64,000 nucleotides of DNA, taken from NCBI RefSeq assembly GCF_009914755.1, contig NC_060925.1, one strand, 5' to 3'. Positions 25,101 to 37,578 of this stretch are shown here, piece after piece. Under the pieces are notes generated by a model. The model did not search any database. It worked only from the letters and a program-made list of their open reading frames with translations, and had not been told where the DNA came from. The translations under genes were made by a program, and so were the position numbers. Position 1 is the first letter of the stretch. Each line of letters opens with the position of its first letter. Origin of the DNA: the human T2T-CHM13v2.0 reference genome, Homo sapiens.

Positions 25101-27770
25101 CAAGTTCTGAAATTGAATCAGTAATGAAAATCATACCAACACAAAAAGCCCTGAACCAGACAGATTCACAGCTGAATTCTACCAGATGTATAAAGAAGAG
25201 CTGGTGCCAATCCTACTAAAAATATTCCAAAAAATTGAGGAGGAAGGACTCTTTCCTAACTCATTCTATGAGCTCAGCATCATTCTGATACCAAAACCTG
25301 GCAAAGACACAACAACTACAACAAAAGAAAACTTGGGGCCAATATATTTGAGGAACATAAGTACAAAAATCCTCAACAAAATACTAGCAAATAAAATCCA
25401 GCAGCATATCAAAAAGATAATCCACCGTGATCAAGTAGGCTTTATTCCTGGGATGCAAAGTTGCTTTAATATACAAAAATCAATAAATGTGATTCACCAC
25501 ATAAACAGAAAGAAAAACCAAAATCACATGATTATCTCAATAGATGAAGAAAAGGCTTTCTATAAAATTCTAGATCCCTTCATGTTAAAAACTCTCAACA
25601 AACTAGGCATTGAAGGAATATACCTCAAAATAGTAAGAACCATCTATGACAAACCCGCAGCCAATATCATATTGAATGGGCAAAAGCTGGAAGCATTTAT
25701 CTTAGAACCGGAAAAGACAAGGATGCCCATTCTCACCACTCCTATTCAGCATAGTACTGGAAGTCCTAGACAGAACAATCAGGCAAGAGAAAAAAATAAA
25801 ATTATCCAAATAAGAAAAAAGGAAGTTAAATTATCTTTGTTCATCAATGACATGATTGTATACTTAGTAAACCTAAAGACCCTCCAAAAGACTCCTATTC
25901 CTGACAAACAACTTTAGTAAAGTTTCAGGATACAAAAATCAGTAGCATTCCTTTACACCAACAATATGCAAGCTGAGAGCCAAATCAAGAATGCAATCCC
26001 ATTCACAATAGCCACAAAAAATAAAGTACCCAGGAATACAGCTAACTAATGCGGTGAAAGATTGCTACAATGAGAATTATAAAATACTGCCAAAAGAAAT
26101 CAGAGACCACACACAAAAAATGGAAAAACATTTCATGCTCATGGATAGGTAGAATAAATATTGTTAAAATGGTCACACTGCACTAAGCAATTTACAGATT
26201 TCATGCTATTTCTAGCAAACTACTAATGACATTTTACACAGAATTAGAAAGAACTATTCTGAAATTCATATGGAACCAAAAAAATCCTGAATAGCCAATG
26301 CAATCCTAAGCAAAAAGGACAAAGCCAGAGGTACCACACTACCTGACTTCAAGTTACACTACAAGGCTACAGTAACCAAGACAGCATGGTACATGTACAA
26401 AAACAAACACAGACCGTTGCAACAGGTTAAAGAACCCAGAAATAAAGCCACATACCTACAACCATCTGATTTTCAACAAAGTCAACAGAAACAAGTAATG
26501 GAGAAAGGACTCCCTATTCAGTAAATGGTGCTGTACTAACTGGCTAGTCATATGCAGATTATAGAAACTGGACCCCTTCCTTCATTATATGCAAAAATCA
26601 ACTCAAGATAGATTAAAGACTTAAACGTAAATTCAAAAACCATATAAAGCCCTGGAAGAAAACCTAGGAAATATCATTCTGGACATAAACATTGGCAAAA
26701 ATTTCATAATGAAGATGACAAAAGCAATTGCAACAAAAACAAAAATTGACAAGTGCAACTAATTAAATGAAAGAACTTCTGCATAGCAAAAGAAACTATC
26801 AAGAGTGAACAGATAACCTACAGACTGGTACAAAATATTTTCAAACTATGCATTCAACAAAGTTCTAATGTCCAGAATCTATAAGAAACTTAAACAAATC
26901 AACAAGCAAAAAAATAAGCAACCGCATTACAAAATGGGCAAAGGATGTGAACAGATACTTCCCAAAAGAATACATACACATATCCAGCAAGCATATGAAA
27001 AAATGCTCAACATCACTAATCATTGTAAAAATGCTAATAAAAACCACAATGAGATGCCATCTCAGACCAGTCAGATTAAAAAGGAAAAAAAAATAACAGA
27101 TACTGGCAAGGTTGGGGAGAAAAGGGAATGCTTATACACTGCTGGTGGGAATATAAGCTAGTTCTGCCATGGTGGAATGCAGTTTGGAAATTTCTCAAAG
27201 AACTTAACAATTGACCCAGCAATCCCTTATGGGTTATATACCTAAAGGAAAGTAAATCATTCTACCATAAAGACACAAGCATGCGTATGTTCATTACAGC
27301 ACTATTTACAGTAGCAAAGACATGGATTCAACCTAAATATACAATAATGGACTGGATAAAGAAAATGTGGTACCTAAAATCATAGAATACTACACATTCA
27401 TAAAAAAGAATGAGATCATGTCCTTTGCAGAAACATGGGTGGAGCCAGAGACCATTATCCTCAGCGAATTAATGCAGGAACAGAAAACAAAATACTACAT
27501 GTTCTCGCTTATAAGTAGGAGCTAAACATTGAGTATACAATCTAACAAAGCAACTAAGAAGGGAACAATAGGCACTGGGGCCTGCATGAGGGTGGAGAGT
27601 GGGAGGAGAGTAAGTATCGAAAAACTACTTGTCCAGTAGTATGCTTAGTAGCTGGGTGACGAAATAATCTGTATACTACATCTCTGTGACACACAACTTA
27701 CCTATATAACAAACCCACACATGCACCTCCTGAACCTAAAATAGAAGTTGGAAGAAAAAATAAAATAAAA
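22197..27770 (+). mobile_element. L1 (L1PA15/16-like), partial 5'UTR through 3'UTR, ORF1 and ORF2 disrupted with internal deletions
   Basis: ORF1 fragment MRKNQHKNSGNSKSQ (22580); ORF2 RT fragment 25186-25917 ([20 protein letters not shown]); L1 3'UTR and A-tail. Confidence 0.95.
24437..24734 (+). mobile_element. AluS inserted in L1 ORF2
   Basis: GGCCAGGTGTGGTGGCTCATGCCTGTAATCCC...; TSD AATC(T/C)CTGGGA at ~24424 and ~24733. Confidence 0.93.
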
Positions 27771-27934
27771 TGAATAAATTTCTCATGTCCTCTACTTCCC
27801 TTCCCTAAAACAAACCCAGTTAAGAAAAAAAAAAGAGAGAGAAATTGTTAAGAAGGTAGTTTAATAAATTGGATTCAGCATGTGGCCATTGTAGTCAGAA
27901 CTATTTTAGATACCTGTTCTGTTAGGAAGTGAAG

Positions 27935-28115
27935 CAGAGTCCTTAAATTCTTTAAATTTTCACTTTCCTTCTAAGTAAAATGGGCCCAAAGTGGTTGGTT
28001 TTTCAGACCCACCTCGTAAGATTGTGCGAAAGATTAAATTATATAATTCATATAAAACTCTCAGTAAAGTACCAGTCAAGTAGTAAGAGATTAATAGATG
28101 TTAACTGTTATTGTT
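27935..28115 (+). mobile_element. MIR
   Basis: TAAGTAAAATGGG...CCCACCTCGTAAGATTGTGCGAAAGATTAAAT...TAGTAAG..ATTAATAGATGTTAACTGTTATT. Confidence 0.65.
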
Positions 28116-29514
28116 AATAATATTATATTTTGCTAATTGCATTATTTATCAATGTTATTATTTTGAAGAGCTGAGAGCTTCCAAGTCTGTACCTTTAGTT
28201 CAGATCCATTTTTTGGGGTCCAGGCCTGCTTCTATCTTTCAAAACAATGCATCTGCTTATCTCTATTTCTGTGACTGTTAGCTTTGCTCATGACTTGGCC
28301 TAAACTCTGGAAAAAGCAATGCCATTCACTCTGCCTAGTGGAATCATGAATAGGCTCTTTAATATTCCACGTTCTTTCAGTTATTGGAGCAATTCTGTTT
28401 CAATATTTAATCTTTACCCTTATATATTTTATGACTTTGGCCTCAAACTCCGTTTAAAGCTCTCTTTTCTCTTCAAAGGATAGTTAGAATTTTCATGTCT
28501 TCAGCAGCTGGAGTAGAGTTTCCCCCACCCTCCTTTATCTTCTAGGTGCTAGATCCTCTCTTAGGTTCAGGTGGAGAGGAAGGAGAGGGAACAGGCAAAC
28601 TTCTCCTTTCTGAACTGGGAGTAGAAGTGGTTACTCGTTAACTGATGAGAAGTCTCTAGCTCACATTGGTCATTTCTGTCATGGAGCACAGGAGGGCCCT
28701 GGTCAAGTTTCCTGCTGATTATCTGATATAGGAGATCTAGCTTTGCTTTGGTATTGTCCTCCTTCTCGTCTTTCCCTTATTCCACAGCATCTTGCTGCTG
28801 GGGTCCCTCTTGGGAGAAGTTCCTGCAAGATAGCTCAAATTCAGCTACCTCTGAGGTGTCTGCTTGCCCCAGCTTTAAGTGTATAAGGGCAGTCCCACTG
28901 CTTCCCTCTCTTTTAGCCTTGTCTTCCTTATCTTTTCTCAGCTCACGGTGACCAAGGGGCAGATTAGTAGCCTGTTGGTTCCACAAGTATACAACTAGAG
29001 AACAAAATGCTCTTCTTTTCTTGCAGAAATCCTAGTATTGCATAAGTGATCTTCATGAAGCTTCCTATTCCCTGTGGAGTTTGGAAGGAGAGGCATTCCT
29101 GTAGGCTTCTGCTGAGAAGGGAAGAAGAGTCTTCCTGCTTGGACACTGGGCTTCTGAAAAGGCCATGTGCTCTCCTATCTCACAGTTTTCTTTCTTTTAC
29201 TTTTTTTGTTTGTCTTTTTTCTCTTTTTTTATTCTTTTTTTCTTACCTCACAGTCTTGTATGTGTTTTGACTGTCACAAGAATGAGCATTGGATGTGGTA
29301 GAAAAAATTCTTGGATTAGTGCCTCTCATTAGTCCCTAAAAATACATATGTATCTGGCCCCAACTCCTGGTGACTCTCTAAGCTTATGATGCATTTTTTG
29401 GTATGTTTTGTATACAGTTTTGAGCTTCCGCAATGATTTTTAAAACAGGACAAAATCCCATATGAACCTTCTGTTATACTCCATTAAATTGTCAATACCA
29501 GAGATACAGGAAAA

Positions 29515-29613
29515 TTATTTTCTCATTCTAACTTTATATACCCAATATCTAACAAAGCAGCTGCAAAATGGTTGCTACTCAATAAATATTTGTTGAATGA
29601 ATGAAGGAATGAA
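29515..29613 (+). mobile_element. L2 3' terminus
   Basis: CTCAATAAATATTTGTTGAATGAATGAA. Confidence 0.7.
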
Positions 29614-30781
29614 AAGCCAAATGTAATACATAGAAAAGTTGATTATAAATTCTTTGGTACAAAATAGACAGACAAAACATAATCTAGGAAATATGCACCC
29701 TGAGAAATTGCTATCATCATCTTAATACCTTATAACAACGAAAGTTCTTAAACTGGTCCCCTTAATACCATTGTGTTTATTTTCTGTATGTTTATACTTT
29801 TATGCTTTGGTTTCATTTTCTACTTATTAGTTAAATGATTATGAGAACTGTGGGGATAAATTTAAAACATTACTGTGTTTCTATAGAGAGTTCTGCTGTA
29901 ATGCAGTGATTATGAAATGATCTCAAATCTATTCAGAATTATTAAAAGGTACAGTTCAATAAATATTTTTATTTTTGTTAATTCTTCCCCAAATCACATT
30001 AAAACGATCCTTTTGCACTTAAGTGATTTCGTCAGTTTTGTATTCATTTTAAATGCCAGATTCTTTTTCTAAGATTCAAAGTTTCTGAAAACTTTATTTT
30101 TAAGCAATATATTCTGAGAAGACTTAAATCTAAATTCAATTGTTCAGATAAATATGAATACAATTTAATAAAAAGTACTGAATGCTGTGTTTTATAATTC
30201 CTTAGAAAATTTGGGAACATTACTAGGTTCCCAAGTAGATTGATAATACCTGAGAGATCAGCCGTGACCAACATTTAGTTACATTAACAGGAATACTTGA
30301 TATGAGCAAATCCGTACATATTTTTATTAAAAGTGCAAATATAAATAATTAAATGATTCTGTTCTAATGCCCTTCATTCCAATGCCTAGAACAGGAAAAA
30401 AGACATGAACCTCTTTAAGAAGTCATGTTCAAAAAATTGCTAGTAGTTTACAGAGATTACTGAAGAAACAACTGTCAAACTCAGCCAATTGCTTATCAGG
30501 AGTGGGCTTAGAAAGGCAAGTTACCAGGGAAACCTCTTCCTCACTGGAAAAGGATAAATGTGTACTAGGAGTCCACATATGGCAAGACTGTAATCTTGCT
30601 ATGCTTTAATTTTATCTAGGTTAGCCACAGTGGAGAAAACACTGTAGAGACTAGAAGCTAAGAGTGCAGAAGGGCAAAAGCAATTTTTATAACTTTAAGT
30701 TGATTATTAGTACTACTAATAATGCTAATGGTAGTGCTTACACTATTAACAAAAATAATTATAAACACTTACAAAGCACTC

Positions 30782-30947
30782 TGTCTTAGTCATTTGGGCT
30801 GCTGTAACAAAAATACCATAGAGTGGGTAGCTTAAACAACAAATATTTATTTCTTACATTTCTGGAAGTTGGGATCAAAGTGTGAGCAGATTCAGTGTCT
30901 GGTGAGGGCTTGCTTCCTGGTGCATAGATGGCCATCTTCTTGCTGTG

Positions 30948-30979
<32 letters not shown>

Positions 30980-31223
30980 GGAGTCTCGCTCTGTCACTCT
31001 GTTGCCCAGGTTGGAGTGCAGTGGTGTGATCTCGGCTCACTGAGACCTCTGCCTCAGGGGTTCAGGTGATTCTCCTGCCTCAGCCTCATGAGTAGCTGGG
31101 ACTACAGGCACTTGCCACCACGCCCAGCTAATTTTTGTATTTTTAGTAGAGACGGGGTTTCCATAACAATGGAAATTAGGCTATAGTATATAAATTTTAG
31201 GGGGACACATCCATTCGATAGCC
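30782..31223 (-). mobile_element. MLT1A-like solo LTR with an internal Alu and a deletion
   Basis: TGTCTTAGTCATTTGGGCTGCTGTAACAAAAATACCATAGA...; end TTTTAGGGGGACACATCCATTC; TSD CACTC/TGCTC (both CpG decays of CGCTC). Confidence 0.82.
30947..31162 (-). mobile_element. AluS, 5' part of the left arm missing
   Basis: Poly-T, full right arm and TAATTTTTGTATTTTTAGTAGAGACGGGGTTTC, then abrupt end. Confidence 0.9.
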
Positions 31224-31559
31224 TGCTCTATAGTTTAAAAATTGCACTCTTTTGAATTCTGTCTTTTGGGAGACATTATTGCCATCAGTCTCATAATAGA
31301 GATGAGAAAACTAAAGTTAAGTGCATTAGCTGTGGTCATACAGGGGTTAATCAAGAGCCCAGAAGTTGTATTCAATCTCCTTGATTCTAGTGCATACTCC
31401 TTTTGCATATTACTCATTTTTCTAAAATCATGTTAACTCCTCTTCTTGCTAGTAAGAAGATGCAGTGGTAGATTTATCATGAATTAAAGGAAGTATAGTT
31501 TCAGGCACCCTCACTTGCATAAGCCCATTCCAATGTCTTGGAGTAGCCCTAATAGTGTT

Positions 31560-31701
31560 CATATATTTATGTAAATTTATACATATATACACAAATATAT
31601 GTATATATTTATATATTTATGTAAAGTTATACATGTACACATAAACATTTATATTTTTTAATCTAAATATATGTACACATAAATTTACATAAATATATGC
31701 A

Positions 31702-31761
<60 letters not shown>

Positions 31762-31765
31762 CATG
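31560..31765. repeat. TA-rich tandem array with (TG)n(TA)n microsatellite next to the Alu tail
   Basis: Repeated TATATTTATGTAAA unit; (TG)n 31702-31722; (TA)n 31722-31754. Confidence 0.85.
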
Positions 31766-31768
31766 TAT

Positions 31769-32083
31769 CTTTTTTTTTTTTTTTTTCTGGAGAGAGACAG
31801 GGTTTTGCTCTGTCACCTAGGCTGGAGTGCAGTGGTGCAATCACAACTCACTGAAACCTTGAACTCATGTGTTCAAGCAATCCTCTCTCCTGCCCCAGCC
31901 TCCTGAGTAGCTAGGACTACAGGAGTGTGCCACCTACGCTTGGCTAAATTTTTTATTTTTATTTTTGTAGAGACAAAGTCGTAGTATGTTGCCCAGACTG
32001 GTCTCAAATGCTGGTCTCAACTGATCCTCCTGCCTTGGCCTCCCAAAGCTCTGGGATTGTAGGCATGAGCCACCTGGCCTGGC
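31769..32083 (-). mobile_element. AluJ
   Basis: Poly-T; GAGACAGGGTTTTGCTCTGTCACC...GAGCCACCTGGCCTGGC; J-type CAAGCAATCCTC. Confidence 0.9.
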
Positions 32084-33657
32084 AAATTTTATAGTATTTT
32101 TTAAAAGAAAGATTTTTTTCAAGCTGCAGTCTTTCCACTGCATCTTCACCTCTGTCTTGCTTCCCATGTGATGGGTTGGCATTTAACTAGCTAAAGACAG
32201 TTTTTGGATCTGACTTAGAGGAAACTGATTTAGCAATACACTTTATTTAGAGAGATTTATTTATGTGGTTTTCAGTTATCTCCTTGTATAGTTAAATAAT
32301 TGTTAGCCATCCTGATACAAGGATGTTTTATTCAAATATTACTGTATCCCACTGTGTTGACTCAACCTGTGTTGAGACATAAAATATAGCACAGGCAGTC
32401 ACTTTATTAACATGAATTCATCTTATAGCCACAGCTCCTCAAGTATGTTGGTAGAGGGGGAGAACAAAGTTAGAAATGTTCAGAACCAGAAGTTAATTTA
32501 TAGAAAATTCTTCCAAACATTAGATAAGTAAAATATAAGTATAGAAATGGGTTTTCATCAACACCTAGTCAAACAGTTCTCTCGATAGAAATTTTTCTAA
32601 ATATCACAACAATCTGAAAATTTTACATGTTGTTACCAATGACAAATTTTTAATTTGGCAGTTAATTTAATAAAAAAGTTAATACAAATATGTGACTTTT
32701 CTGATTTTATGCTTTTGAGATTGCAACTTAATAAAATTTATTATTTGTTGTGATTTGTTTTCTCATTTCAAATAAATATTTTTTTACCTAATTTTGCATT
32801 TATAATTTATATATATGTATTTAAAGGGTCTCTTTCTCTCTCAAATTGTTTAAGATTAAGGTCTCATAAAGGCTGGATCCTCTGCTGAAAGTATGTATGC
32901 TCAGTAAATATCTGTTGACAATTAATAAGCATCTTCTGGAATCGGTTTTGATGCCAAGGTGACTTGGCATCCTGAAGTTCTGGAACCAAAAGACTTCTGA
33001 TGTTAAGGAATTGTGGGTGGATTTTCTCAAGACTGGGAGATAGACTTTGTACTTTATGAAGCTTATGCATTGTAAAAGTATGTTCATTCCATATTCAGAG
33101 ATTTCCCATCTTCCTTCAGCAACCTAGCCTCTTGCCCTCACAGGGTATCAAACAAAATCTTTGTTTTTGAAAAGCTAGGCTCATCAGGGTGATGTAAATT
33201 GACTGTTTTAGACTGGGAAAGATTCCAATGAAAGTGGTCCATGAAAGTGCTCCTTTCTGAGAAAGAAAATATTAAGAGTTTTTGAGGTTGGGTGTCACAG
33301 ATGTTGGACAGCTTGTTGGGAGTAAAAATAGGAACCAACATCTTATTCCCCCAATTCTCATAATTCTTGGAAATGATAGTTCTTCCATAAGGCTGAGTGG
33401 ATTGTGGTACCACTGAAAGTCATGGCTTGGGACACTTAGTTCCTGGAGTCCCATGTTACTGCAGAGGGAGTGGAAACACTAGTCTACAAAGGGGTACTTA
33501 GATGATTGGAAAATTAACCTCGTAGAACTAGAAAACCACATCACAGAACTAGAATTATCTAGAACTGAAGACAAGAGGTCTTTTTTCCCCCTAATTTGTT
33601 GAACTATGTAATCACCTCTTCCCCCTAACTCCAATCCAAGACACATACATGACCTTA

Positions 33658-33775
33658 GGGTAGTGATTCTCAGACTGTGGTCCCCTCTCCACATAGCAGA
33701 ATCACCTGCAAACTTTTAGAAATACAAATGATCGGGCCCCACCTCAGGCCTGTGAATCAGAAACTCTAGGGAGTC
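33658..33775. mobile_element. MER5A fragment (hAT-Charlie)
   Basis: AGTGATTCTCAGACTGTGGTCC...AGAATCACCTG...TTAGAAATACAAAT...GAATCAGAAACTCTAGGG. Confidence 0.75.
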
Positions 33776-34899
33776 GTATTGTGGAGCAAACATAGTTTAC
33801 TACATATGGATCCAGAGTATTTTACACAAGCAGGGAGCAGGAAAATCACTGGCCTTCATGAGGGGTGAGAAATAAACAGAAAAGTCAGTAGCTGGCAAGG
33901 CAGTGATGCAGACCTTTGTAGATACAAGATGCCATGGTCTGTCTTGGCTTTGCTCTACGAACCTTCTGAATTTTTCCTTGTTTGGAGTTTCTTTTTTCTT
34001 TGTACTTCTCTATGCATGTGCTGAAAGTGGCCCTCCTTCAGCTCCATAAAAGTTTAAGCTAAGAGACAGATTAATGTATCTGAAACTCAATTCTAGAAGG
34101 AAGATTTGACTGACTCAATTTAAATAGCTATGGCCAAGTTGACAGGATCACATGGGACACACAGGGCCAGAGGGGCCTCACACTTGTATGTGGTGAGTCA
34201 TTTCCCATAAAATGGGCTGTGGACTGAATAGTCAGCCTGTGTCTATTCACATAGTGAACATCAGAACTCTTAAGACTTAAGACCACCAATATTGTGAATT
34301 ATATTCCTAATTTTTATTAAATTTCTTGCTCACAGTTTGATAATTTTGACTAATACAGTCCTGGGCTCATTTCCATATGCCTGCATTTACAAAAATAAAT
34401 TGGGTTTGTCAAGAAAGTTAAATTTCTGCTGGAGTCAGAGGTAGTTGGAAGTTTGAATTTAATGCTGGAGTTTTATTGCCTAAGATATAAATTGTATTTC
34501 CTGTAAAGTTCTGAAATAACAGCTCAATAAATAACTACTAATATCACAGTTCAGACATTTTAATTAAGCATGTTAACTTTCTTTACCGCAATATTCAAAT
34601 AATGTGTAACTCAATGAGCTTTTTGGTTGCAAAACTGGAAGCCCTCCAGTAACTTATGCAGCATTTCAAACGAACTTAATTTTAACTCAGACTCTAGGTA
34701 ACTAAGAATTATTCTTACTAATATCTAAAAATAATCACAGATTTGTTATACTTTTAATCTTCCTTTGATTTCTTTATCGTTAATAAACACAATTATTTAC
34801 AAGTGTAGGTTTTTATTATTTACTTATAGATAATTATGCTGAATTCTCAATGCTGTATAACGAGAGGAGGCCTCCAATCACAAAGACTTCAGGATATAG

Positions 34900-35145
34900 T
34901 CCAGAAGTTGACAAGATTTTTCTTTCTTTAAAGGGCCTGATAGTAAATATTTTAGGTTTTTTTTGAGGATATACAGTCTCACATATTCTTACCCCTTCTT
35001 TTCCTCCTATTCCTCCTCCCCATGTTTTTCCTTGTTTGATTTTTTTTTTCTTCTTTCCTTCTTCTCCATTGTAACCTCTTCTTAGCTCATGGGCCATACA
35101 CAGTCTTCAGGCTGAATTTAGCCCCTGGGCTATCATTTTCTGATT
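34900..35145. mobile_element. MER58-like (hAT-Charlie MITE)
   Basis: AAAGGGCCTGATAGTAAATATTTTAGG...CTTAGCTCATGGGCCATACA...GCTGAATTTAGCCC. Confidence 0.7.
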
Positions 35146-35454
35146 TATGATTACAGTCCAAACACAAACTTGAAAGTGACTGAAATGTTCTCTCTTCAAA
35201 GCTGTCTTGTGGATTTTCAATCATTCTCTTTTGATAGACTCCTAAGATGAGATTATAGTATAGACAGAGGATGAGGGATGCAGAGCCAGGGATGAAAGGC
35301 AGAACAAACAATACATGATTTCAGAATTAATAATGAAGAAGACATTGATAAACATCTATGTCATTCCAGGTGCTAAATATGTATGTTTTTCTTTCTTTTT
35401 TCATATTTATAGTTTATTTCTTTTTTTTATGAAATTTTTATCTTTTATTTCTAC

Positions 35455-35660
35455 AGTTTTATTCATAGGCACCAAAAGCTGGAAACAACCTAAATGGTCA
35501 ACAAGGATGAATAGATAAACTGTGGTACATTTATACAATACAATACTACCCAGTAACAAAAAGTAACAAACTAATGATATGCACAACTGTGGGTTAATTT
35601 CAAGAGTATTATGCTGAAAGAAAAGAGCCTTACTCAAAAGCCTTCCTACTATGATTTCAT
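35455..35660 (+). mobile_element. Old L1M (MC/ME) 3' fragment inside the transduced segment
   Basis: TTTATTCATAGGCACCAAAAGCTGGAAACAACCTAAATG...ATAAACTGTGGTACAT...TATTATGCTGAAAGAAAAGAGCC. Confidence 0.75.
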
Positions 35661-35751
35661 GCTCCTCATCTTTGCCATTTTAACCCAATTATAATTGCAG
35701 CATAACACTAAGGCCTACTGTAGAATACAATGCTTTTGTGTGTATTTTCTT

Positions 35752-36033
35752 TATATATATATATATATATATTTATTATACTTTAAGTTCTAGGGTACAT
35801 GTGCACAACGTGCAGGTTTGTTACATATGTATACATGTGCCATGTTGGTGTGCTGCACCCATTAACTTGTCATTTACATTAGGTATATCTCCTAATGCTA
35901 TCCTTCCCCCCTCCCCCACCCTACAACAGGCCCCGGTGTGTGATGTTCCCCTTCCTGTGTCCAAGTGTTCTCATTGTTCAATTCCCACCTAGGAGTGAGA
36001 ACATGTGGTGTTTGGTTTTTTGTCCTTGCGATA
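35752..36033 (-). mobile_element. Young 5'-truncated L1PA 3' end (about L1PA4-5)
   Basis: TTATTATACTTTAAGTTCTAGGGTACATGTGCACAACGTGCAGG...TTGTCCTTGCGATA; tail degraded to (TA)n. Confidence 0.93.
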
Positions 36034-37377
36034 TGTATGTTTTTCGTTTAATCTTTCACATCACACGGGTGAGTTTTACAATGCCTACCTTACAGATGAG
36101 AAAACAGACATGAAGAAGTAGCATTACTAAGTAAAAAATTATGCATTGTAACAGTTGAGGCTCAATTTCAAGTTCGTGTGGCACATAAAGCTCATTTTCT
36201 TTGTGATATACTACATGGTGTCCTGCCATAGAATACAATGAGGAATAACGAGCACCTCACCACAGATTTGTAAACATTTTAAAACCTGCATTCAAAAGCA
36301 TCTTATGAAATTGCTAAGGTATTAAAAGAATTTCACAGGCATTTATTAATGTCAGTAAGTGCAAATAAGTTGGAACTGCTTGAATATAACATTATCTTTA
36401 ATGATAACATATTGTCTTTTGGAAATAGAGTTTATGATTTGAAAGGTTCCCAAGTTCTCATCTCAATAAATTGAAGTAATGTATCTTCCAAAATGTGCAA
36501 CACACCTTATCCCCCATCTCCATATCAGTATGCTTATATTAACAATCTATTCATCAAATATGCAGGGCAAATGTAAGGCTATTGTTCCCCTCTATTTTCC
36601 TGAGGCACCAGCACATAAATAAAGGAAGGGAAATGAACTTGCTTAGTCAGGGATGGAGCTAAGACTGTTTTTACATACCCTTAAGCTAATGGATATTTTA
36701 CTAGACTGCCTCTCGTGTGTGTGGCTTTATGTTTTAGAGAAAGCATCTTCCTTCTTTCTAATGAATATACAGCTGGACCTACTTTCCTTAAATTAGCTTA
36801 CCATCAAGACTATTATTCTATAAATGTGCATCAGATGTTGCTTAAATCTGGCTTGATTACAGATGCTCCCTTATAGTTTTATTCAATTGCTTAACTCTAA
36901 ACTCAACATTATGCCATTAAACCATTTAATTTAGCCATCTCCAAAAGTTTTATTAAATTGTTTAATATTATGGCCATTAACTAACTCATCACTCAAACTA
37001 TATGAGAGGTCATAATGTAATAATGTTACCATCTGTATACTACTTCTTTTCCCATGTCTCCAGTACAGTAATAAAATATTATCAGTTTTTAACATATATT
37101 TGTGAGATACAGTATCTATCATATTATATCTGGACTTTATAGATAAAGAAACATAATGGTGTATTGATTTGCATTAAGAATAAAATAAGTCAACATGCTT
37201 GATGGTTTTATAGTCTTTCATGAACAAAGAAATACTATCTTAGTTTTTATTTAAACTTTATAAACTTGCCTTGGTGTGCTTAAGGCATTATGTAAAATAT
37301 AAAAATTTCACAAAAAGTTTACATCTTATGGAGAGGACAAAAATCACTTAAGTGCAAATGGTATTATTTTAATGTCA

Positions 37378-37578
37378 TAGCTGTGCAGTTCAATAGTGTA
37401 GCCACCAGTTAGGTATTGCTATTCAGATTTAAATTAAAATTAAATGCAATTAAAAATTCAGTTCCTCAGGCACACTAGTGATATTTCAAGTGCTCAGTAG
37501 GCACATGTGATTAGTGGCTACCATATTGGATGGTGCAGATATAGAACATTTCCAGCATTGCAGAAAGTTCTACTTGAA
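37378..37578. mobile_element. MER3 (hAT-Charlie)
   Basis: AAAATTCAGTTCCTCAG..ACACTAG..ATTTCAAGTGCTC...TAGTGGCTACCATATTGGA...GCAGAAAGTTCTA. Confidence 0.8.

Larger units (their letters stand above)
30755..31410 (-). mobile_element. MIR, interrupted by MLT1A and Alu
   Basis: AGAGATGAGAAAACTAAAG...GGTCATACAG core on the right; ATTATAAACACTTAC tail on the left. Confidence 0.55.
31463..32887 (+). mobile_element. Zaphod/MER115-like hAT-Tip100 DNA transposon derivative, interrupted by AluJ and simple repeats
   Basis: Starts CAGTGGTAGATTTATCATGAA...CCCTCACTTGCA; internal ATTTATGTGGTTTTCAGTTA..GTATAGTTAA; ends GCTGGATCCTCTGCTG. Confidence 0.65.
35340..36200 (-). mobile_element. MIR split by an L1PA insertion (pieces 35340-35391 and 36031-36200)
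   Basis: CATTGATAAACATCTATG..CCAGGTGCTAA joins across the TSD to TTTAATCTTTCACA...TTACAGATGAGAAAACAGAC. Confidence 0.65.

Noticed and set aside
25186-25917. Longest ORF (243 aa), reverse-transcriptase-like
   Set aside because: It is a fragment of a frameshifted L1 ORF2 that drifts out of frame, not a host gene or novel RT system.
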